A stretch of DNA of 64,000 bases, taken from positions 807,086 to 871,085 of the forward strand of contig CP060236.1 in NCBI GenBank assembly GCA_023898725.1, given 5' to 3'. Of this stretch, positions 57,950-64,000 are shown in pieces (positions within the stretch are counted from its first letter, which is position 1; the number at the start of each line of letters is the position of its first letter). Origin of the DNA: Alphaproteobacteria bacterium. GTDB taxonomy: Bacteria; Pseudomonadota; Alphaproteobacteria; JAUHZC01. The notes under the pieces were generated by a model. It saw only the letters and a program-made list of their open reading frames with translations. It did no database searches and was not told the DNA's origin. Both the position numbers and the translations under genes were made by a program.

Positions 57950-58157
57950 CGTGGGTATATGAAAAAAGTATTGCTTGTTTGTGTTGATGAGCAATACCCA
58001 GAAAAAAAGCCTCGGGTGATCCGGGGCTTTTTTGCCTTGTGTGTATTATGCGTGTGTATTAGTTTTTATTGCGTGTATGGGAAAAGGGATTGCTTCTTTT
58101 TTGAAGGGGGGATCACCGATGATGTGGCTGGTTCTAATGTCTGTGTCTTTTTTTTGT

Positions 58158-58481
58158 CTATGTGCGGGGCTGGGTATCATAAACAATCATAATTTCATCA
58201 GGAAGAGCCAACCCGAGAGAAGCCTTCGCCCGTTCGCTAATTAAATCATGGCTTGCGGTTTTCCCTTTTAACAAAGATACACGGTGTTGCAAGTGTTGTT
58301 CTTCTGTACGTAACTCATCAAGGTGTATACGCCGCAATTCGACGTGATTTGTTAAATTGCGCCAGGCTAAGAATCCCCGTGATCCGCTGACCAAATGGTA
58401 CGCAAAATACATAAAGATCCCAGCCCCAAAAATGGGCCAAATCAACCGTTGGGTACGCCTGCGTATTTCACGTAAAAACAT
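58158..58481 (-). CDS. ftsB: septum formation initiator family protein (FtsB/DivIC-like)
   Basis: 107 aa with an N-terminal TM helix, a coiled-coil and the conserved C-terminal LISERAKASLGLALPDE. Confidence 0.65.
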   Translation of the reverse strand: MFLREIRRRTQRLIWPIFGAGIFMYFAYHLVSGSRGFLAWRNLTNHVELRRIHLDELRTEEQHLQHRVSLLKGKTASHDLISERAKASLGLALPDEIMIVYDTQPRT

Positions 58482-58557
58482 TGCGATTCATCACGACTTA
58501 TCGTAAAAAGTATAGGCTATTTTTGCAACCAACGATAGAAGGTTTCGTAACTTAAGG

Positions 58558-59544
58558 GTGATATCTATGGATACTAATCATACGGACACTGTTTTGCACA
58601 AGGAGCGCAATCAGGAATCCTTGATAACCGTTTGTGCTTACTACAAATTTCAGCCAGTTGCTGATCCGGAAAGAATGCGCGAAAAACTGCGGCGTTTGTG
58701 TAAAAAACATATAATTAAGGGTTTAACTCTTCTGGGAACAGAGGGAATTAACGGCACAATGGCGGGCTCAGATGCCGCGATGAAGGCTTTTCGTGCTTTT
58801 ATTGAGGATGATCTCGGCTTTGCTCCGCTTGATTGGAAAGTAGCCTATACTTCTCAAATGCCGTTTATGCGTCTTAAAATCAAAGTAAAGAACGAGATTT
58901 GCACCAGTGGTGTGCCTACTGAGGCTAACCCAATACAAGGCGTGGGTATTTATACAGATCCCAAGGAATGGAATGCCCTCATTACGCGGGATGATACTGT
59001 TGTCGTGGATGTTCGCAATGATTTTGAGGTTCAAATGGGTACCTTTGCTCATGCACGCAATCCTCACACAACAAGTTTTCGTGAATTCGCGGCATACGTG
59101 GATAAAGAGCTTAGTGCTTATAAAGACACACCGATTGCGATGTGTTGTACAGGTGGTATTCGGTGCGAAAAATCGACGGCTTATCTGAAGGCCAAGGGCT
59201 TTCAACACGTTTACCATTTAAAGGGAGGAATTTTGCGCTATCTCGAAGAAATGCCTAAGGAGCAATCGCTATGGTCGGGCGAGTGTTTCGTCTTTGACGA
59301 ACGGGTTTCTGTGGATCATGATTTGAAACCAGGTTCATATGAATTGTGCCATGGCTGTCGTTTGCCAATCAATGCGACACACAAAGCCTCCGTTGACTAT
59401 GAAGAGGGGGTGTCCTGTCCCCAGTGTATCAATATCCGTACAGATGATCAAAAATCTCGGGCGCGGGAACGACACCACCAAATTACGCTGGCTAAGGCTC
59501 GCAACCGCTCTCACAGAGGGGATTGCAGCGTTATCGAGGAATGA
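58558..59544 (+). CDS. trhO: rhodanese-related sulfurtransferase / tRNA uridine(34) hydroxylase TrhO (YceA, UPF0176)
   Basis: Rhodanese active-site loop CCTGGIRCEK, a UPF0176 N-domain and a C-terminal Cys cluster (CHGCRLP...CPQC). Confidence 0.8.
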   Translation: MISMDTNHTDTVLHKERNQESLITVCAYYKFQPVADPERMREKLRRLCKKHIIKGLTLLGTEGINGTMAGSDAAMKAFRAFIEDDLGFAPLDWKVAYTSQMPFMRLKIKVKNEICTSGVPTEANPIQGVGIYTDPKEWNALITRDDTVVVDVRNDFEVQMGTFAHARNPHTTSFREFAAYVDKELSAYKDTPIAMCCTGGIRCEKSTAYLKAKGFQHVYHLKGGILRYLEEMPKEQSLWSGECFVFDERVSVDHDLKPGSYELCHGCRLPINATHKASVDYEEGVSCPQCINIRTDDQKSRARERHHQITLAKARNRSHRGDCSVIEE

Positions 59545-59626
59545 GAGAGATATTTCTAGATAAATTCATAAGTATTAACGAAAATAACTTGATTTTTTGT
59601 CGGTAATATTGATACTACACAAACAC

Positions 59627-59716
59627 GGATGGGTGGCCGAGCGGTTGAAGGCACCGGTCTTGAAAACCGGCGAGGGTTTGCGCCCTTCGTGGGTTCGAAT
59701 CCCACCCCATCCGCCA
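59627..59716 (+). tRNA. tRNA-Ser (anticodon TGA), long variable arm, CCA encoded
   Basis: Acceptor stem ggatggg/cccatcc, D-arm tggccgagcggttgaaggca, anticodon stem ccggt/accgg with loop cTTGAaa, variable arm cgagggtttgcgcccttcg, T-arm gtgggttcgaatcccac. Confidence 0.9.
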
Positions 59717-59757
59717 CGTTGAAGTGGCTATTTGTTTTGTATTGAGTAGGAGTCACC

Positions 59758-59976
59758 TTGGCTAAAGAAGACGCAATTGAGTTCAGTGGTATTGTTGAGG
59801 AGTTACTTCCTAATGCTATGTTTCGGGTAAAACTCGAAAATGGCCGTGAAATCACCGCTCATATTTCAGGGCGCATGCGTAAAAACCGCATCCGGGTCCT
59901 TGTTCAAGACAGGGTTACCATTGAGATGACACCCTATGATTTGACCCAAGGCCGAATTATTTTTCGCGAAAAATAA
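59758..59976 (+). CDS. infA: translation initiation factor IF-1
   Basis: 72 aa, [67 protein letters not shown]. Canonical InfA. Confidence 0.95.
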   Translation: MAKEDAIEFSGIVEELLPNAMFRVKLENGREITAHISGRMRKNRIRVLVQDRVTIEMTPYDLTQGRIIFREK

Positions 59977-59993
59977 AACTGGGTCTACACCCC

Positions 59994-60173
59994 ATGTCAT
60001 CAGTTCCCCCTTTACAAAAATACTCCTCCTTGAAAAAATGTGTTATCTGTAAAAAAGAATACACAGAAATGACCTATGCTCCGTTTTGCTCAAAACGATG
60101 CAAGCTTATTGACTTGCATCGTTGGTTAGATGGTTCTTATAGTGTGCCAACAAATGAAAAAGAAGAGGAATAA
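59994..60173 (+). CDS. yacG: DNA gyrase inhibitor YacG (zinc-ribbon protein), 59 aa, below the ORF-track size cutoff
   Basis: Manual translation from ATG 59994 gives [52 protein letters not shown]..., matching the YacG pattern (C-x2-C...C-x3-C plus the RC.LIDL..W motif). Confidence 0.65.
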   Translation: MSSVPPLQKYSSLKKCVICKKEYTEMTYAPFCSKRCKLIDLHRWLDGSYSVPTNEKEEE

Positions 60174-60484
60174 TTAGTCTATCTTTTACAGGAATTTTTT
60201 CCTAAGAACTGTTTTATGATTTCTTCGAATTAAGGGTGTGGATAACGCGCATGCTCCCCATGAGAAAAACCTGTGTCAAGGCAGAAAGTCAATAAAATCC
60301 CTAAAATACATCCTTTTAGTTATCCCCACAACCTGTGGATAAGGGTGGGGATATGTAGGGGGAGAAAATGAAAGCTTTAAGTTTTGCTTAACCTTTTATC
60401 CTAATGCTCAAAAATTGAGCATGCAGAAATTAGTAATTAATAATGCCTATTAAGTTCTTGTAAAAAAAATACACTTATTTTATT

Positions 60485-63400
60485 GTGATTTTCACAAAAA
60501 AATTGATGAGTACACTAATAATGACAAAAAACTTCGCATATCTTTTGTTTACTTCTGTTTTTTTACTGCCGATTTCTGCAAGCCAATCGCTACTTATCCC
60601 CGGTATGGACGCCTGTTATAATCAGGCATTGCTTGAATCTGAAATTGAGGCTGGTGAAGATAGCACCAAGGACTTGTATGATGCTCTGCGACCATCTCGT
60701 CTACCTGTTGCCCAGCAAGTTGCAAATCTAACTGTGCGAACAGCAGAATGGTGTGGCGGTTATGCAGATGGAACATATCTTTTTACATGCTTTGATCGTG
60801 ATATGTCTCAGGATTCTCGTCATGGACACGCAAATGCCCTGGATGCGGTTGCCTTGTGGTTGTTTCGTGAACCAGGTGAGCCCATCACCCGTGCGACAAG
60901 TCCATCTTCCCGTATAGATGTGCAAAAAATGGGAAAAATTGTGCGTATTGTTCTCGATTTATTTGCCGGTCACATAAAAGAAGAAGATCTGTCCCTGGTT
61001 TTGGGTCGTGTGCTAGAGAAAAGTATCAAAAAGCCTATTTCTTTTGAGGTTTTGCAGTCTTATGAGCTTTATCGTCGACTTGATTACGCTTATGATCATC
61101 TCAAAAATATGGCGCAAGAACTTGATCCTGACGAAGTCAGTGAGTACGAGGATGAGCAAGATCGCCTGCTCAGGCTATTCAGATCTGAGAGATATACACC
61201 AGAAAGTTTTCTCAAGATTACAAAAAAAGCAGACATGTGGAGCAAAGAAAAATCTACCTTTTTCCCTTATGATCCTTCTGTAAAAATTCTTAATTTTATA
61301 AGACTGCGTGATCGCAAAACGACTTTCGAGAAACTTTTGCAGCATATGAAGTCTCCATGGTCTCATGGTGATTATGATCATGATGCAATTGATAAGACTC
61401 AAGCGCGTTATGAGGAAATCACCTCTGAGTATTCTTCATACGGTCGATTTCTTACCACTATCAACACCACACAAACTCACCGTCAGTATGGGGCTCATTT
61501 GTTGCTGCATAATATTTGCGTAGCCGCACACGAAGCAAAAGCACGTGGTCGCGAAGCGCAAATTGCGCTTTTACAAGTTCTCGCTGCCTTTGCCGTGCAT
61601 CGAGCCACAGAACCAAAAGATCTAGAGAAATTTTATGATGAGCTTGGGCTTCGCATGACCTTTTCTGGAAAATCGGCTTTTAGTATGGATGACTATAATA
61701 ATCTTACAAGTAGAATCACTCAGTCTCCAGAGGCGTATCGTGATCTTAGTGAAGAGGAACGTCAAAATTTATCAACATTCTCAGTGTTGGTTTCTGCGTC
61801 AATGCTTCCTCTCAAAACTTACGATAGGGTGACGGTTAGAAGCCCTCTTTTGCAGGAGCGGACATTTTCAAATTGCTATGAAGTCGCCTTTGAAAACTTT
61901 TTGCGTATTATGTGCATGAGCTTTGTTCCGGGTCGTGGTTGGATTTCAGACACACGTCTTTTTCCTGATCACTCTCTGGTACAGAAGTATTTTGCTGAGG
62001 AGGCTTTTGGAACAGTGCGAGCAGCGAATACAGAAGATGCATCAAATACTTTTGCAACAATGATTTCGGGAATTCCAAATGTTCGGTACGTTAAAAAAGG
62101 TTCTGAAGTAATACCATCAGTGCTCAACACACTCTATTTATTAAGTACGATATGGTGCCTTGATGAGCCGGAAGAATCAGATGATGAAGAATCAGATGCG
62201 ACAGAACTCATCACCGGTGCATTTAAGTACATTGAGAATGGAATCAACAGGCATTTTCTGCCATATGGAAAGAGCATTTCACTGCGTGCTGAAACTGATC
62301 TTTTTGAAGGAAGAGGCGACTCTGACAGCGTACATGTAACTGTAATGGAGGAGGAAACCCCTGTGCAAGAAGGGGTGATGCATATATATGAAAAGCACGC
62401 TGAAACAAAGGTGACCACACCCTTTAAGGATAGTGATGATTGGCGGACACTCTTGATTGCACATACAAAAAAAATATGGGAAGCCAGTGATGATTGTCCT
62501 TTGGAATTTGTAAGCACCCTTAGTGCAGAACAGATAGATACAATGGGGGAATCTGTGCCATTGAATGTTTTGCGTACTTTTGTGGACAAATCGAACATGC
62601 ATGTTTTAGACGTGATGGTTGCACAAGTTTCCACTCTCGTGCGGGGGCTGCAGGATGAGCATACCCATGAATATGCCAAACGTATGCTAAGGAAGATAGC
62701 AACCACTGTTGAAAGACAGAGTGACGGGCACACATCAATGGTTTTTACAGAAAAACTACGTGCCGGGATTAAGGAGAATGTGATCCCGCTAGACCTTCTA
62801 TCCTTTTTGGTTGACGCCTGTCCAGATGTTGCAAAAGTTTTTGCAAATGGATGGGAAGATTTCTTTCAAAGTCCTTTTTATAAAGCATGTATTAATAGGG
62901 ATGAGGAATTATTATTAATAATGAATAAAGGATTTGAAAAAGAAAAAGGTACTCTTTTTCTGTCACACTATATTTACGGGAGTGACGGGAATTCTTTGAG
63001 TGATGATGTTCTATGGGGGATTGAAAAACTATCTCATATTTATGGACTTTATTTAACGAATAGTTTTGCTATATTACCGAGTAAACTCGATCATGTAATG
63101 CATTCTCTACAAAAATTGAAAAATCTAGGGATGGCTACATTAGCGGTTTCATCAGAAATTTTCGATGATAGAGATTTGCTCGCCTATTTTGCAACGAGAT
63201 TACCAAATGCTGAAAAAACTTCCTACCAGATTGAATGTGCAGGTGAAAATCGTTCAGCAAAAATAAACTCGTGGGAAATTTGCGCACGTATGCAGAAAGA
63301 AAACCCTTTTTTACGGCTACACGTTTCGGGAAATAGAGAGCAAATAATGCTTGTTGCTCGGGCCCTGGCGTCTTACGGATGTATTGATGGAAACGATTAT

Positions 63401-63676
63401 ACCTTGCATAAAAGATCGGGAGTGTCATTATCCTTCGTTGCCTATACGAAAGATTTGCGCACAACAATAGCTTCTGAACAAGAGGCAGCAGGTGGGGAAG
63501 AAGCCTACAGAGAAAAACTTCGCAGTGGTTTTTATGAGGATCAGTATCCAGGCGTATATGCCTTGTATACAGATTCATACGCAGCAAGAGGCTTTCCTGT
63601 TGTGGACGAATCCCTTTTTGCAACCAGAGAAAGAGCCGCGAGTCTATCAGCCGCTGCTGAGGTCGATGACGTGTAG
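60485..63676 (+). CDS. hypothetical large secreted protein (1063 aa), no recognisable domain
   Basis: Signal-peptide-like N-terminus (MSTLIMTKNFAYLLFTSVFLLPISASQS) and an uninterrupted 3.2-kb ORF with uniform composition. No catalytic motifs identified by eye. Confidence 0.55.
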   Translation: MIFTKKLMSTLIMTKNFAYLLFTSVFLLPISASQSLLIPGMDACYNQALLESEIEAGEDSTKDLYDALRPSRLPVAQQVANLTVRTAEWCGGYADGTYLFTCFDRDMSQDSRHGHANALDAVALWLFREPGEPITRATSPSSRIDVQKMGKIVRIVLDLFAGHIKEEDLSLVLGRVLEKSIKKPISFEVLQSYELYRRLDYAYDHLKNMAQELDPDEVSEYEDEQDRLLRLFRSERYTPESFLKITKKADMWSKEKSTFFPYDPSVKILNFIRLRDRKTTFEKLLQHMKSPWSHGDYDHDAIDKTQARYEEITSEYSSYGRFLTTINTTQTHRQYGAHLLLHNICVAAHEAKARGREAQIALLQVLAAFAVHRATEPKDLEKFYDELGLRMTFSGKSAFSMDDYNNLTSRITQSPEAYRDLSEEERQNLSTFSVLVSASMLPLKTYDRVTVRSPLLQERTFSNCYEVAFENFLRIMCMSFVPGRGWISDTRLFPDHSLVQKYFAEEAFGTVRAANTEDASNTFATMISGIPNVRYVKKGSEVIPSVLNTLYLLSTIWCLDEPEESDDEESDATELITGAFKYIENGINRHFLPYGKSISLRAETDLFEGRGDSDSVHVTVMEEETPVQEGVMHIYEKHAETKVTTPFKDSDDWRTLLIAHTKKIWEASDDCPLEFVSTLSAEQIDTMGESVPLNVLRTFVDKSNMHVLDVMVAQVSTLVRGLQDEHTHEYAKRMLRKIATTVERQSDGHTSMVFTEKLRAGIKENVIPLDLLSFLVDACPDVAKVFANGWEDFFQSPFYKACINRDEELLLIMNKGFEKEKGTLFLSHYIYGSDGNSLSDDVLWGIEKLSHIYGLYLTNSFAILPSKLDHVMHSLQKLKNLGMATLAVSSEIFDDRDLLAYFATRLPNAEKTSYQIECAGENRSAKINSWEICARMQKENPFLRLHVSGNREQIMLVARALASYGCIDGNDYTLHKRSGVSLSFVAYTKDLRTTIASEQEAAGGEEAYREKLRSGFYEDQYPGVYALYTDSYAARGFPVVDESLFATRERAASLSAAAEVDDV

Positions 63677-63791
63677 GCATATGTAAGCGTTGTTTTCTTA
63701 AAAAGAACAAAACATTGACTTTCGGGACGAGAACACATAGAGTCCTTCGACTGCTTTTTGTTTTAATCAGTTTAGAAAGGAAGTGATTGTC

Positions 63792-63995
63792 ATGATCGTT
63801 ATTGTTCGCGATAACAATGTAGATCAGGCCGCTCGTGCATTAAAGAAAAAGCTTCAGCGTGAGGGTCTCTTTCGGGAGATCAAGTTACGCCGGCATTATG
63901 AAAAGCCATCCGAGCGCAAACTACGCCAGAAGGCTGAATCGGAACGCCGCGTTCGTAAACTTATGCGTAAGCGCTTTGAGCGCGAGGGTTATTAA
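63792..63995 (+). CDS. rpsU: 30S ribosomal protein S21 (RpsU)
   Basis: [43 protein letters not shown] matches the S21 consensus. The track ORF starts 3 codons earlier. Confidence 0.85.
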   Translation: MIVIVRDNNVDQAARALKKKLQREGLFREIKLRRHYEKPSERKLRQKAESERRVRKLMRKRFEREGY

Positions 63996-64000
63996 TCACC

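Overview
The window looks like a 64-kb chromosomal segment of an alphaproteobacterium of moderate GC. The citrate synthase (gltA), the hfq-hflX pair, a regulatory-only PTS and Omp25/Omp31-type porins point to a Rhizobiales/Bartonellaceae-like lineage. I did not try to name a species. There is a conserved housekeeping backbone: the dcw cell-division cluster (murE', ftsI, ftsL, rsmH, mraZ), accBC, gltA, gltX, rpoH, rluD, the rpsF-rpsR-rplI operon, rnd, icd, hfq-hflX, infA, rpoZ, two tRNAs (Asp-GTC, Ser-TGA), and two small genes under 60 aa that the ORF track misses or extends (rpmJ, yacG). Between these are many lineage-specific genes, mostly encoding signal-peptide proteins with no recognisable domain. 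Five MFS transporters are present, three of them close paralogs and two in tandem. A bacterial alternative oxidase sits beside the tandem pair. An AsnB-type amidotransferase sits beside a GT1 glycosyltransferase. The most unusual region is about 49.8-58.0 kb. It holds six consecutive same-strand genes for secreted proteins of a paralogous, repeat-rich family, followed by a 232-aa beta-barrel porin. Within it a 1007-bp unit is tandemly duplicated exactly (two full copies plus a diverging third). In-frame 102-bp and 15-bp coding tandem repeats and a shared 3' sequence element occur downstream of three of the genes. This looks like a variable surface or secreted protein locus. A 1063-aa secreted orphan protein (60.5-63.7 kb) and several other secreted orphans are also present. 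No transposases, integrases or CRISPR arrays were seen.
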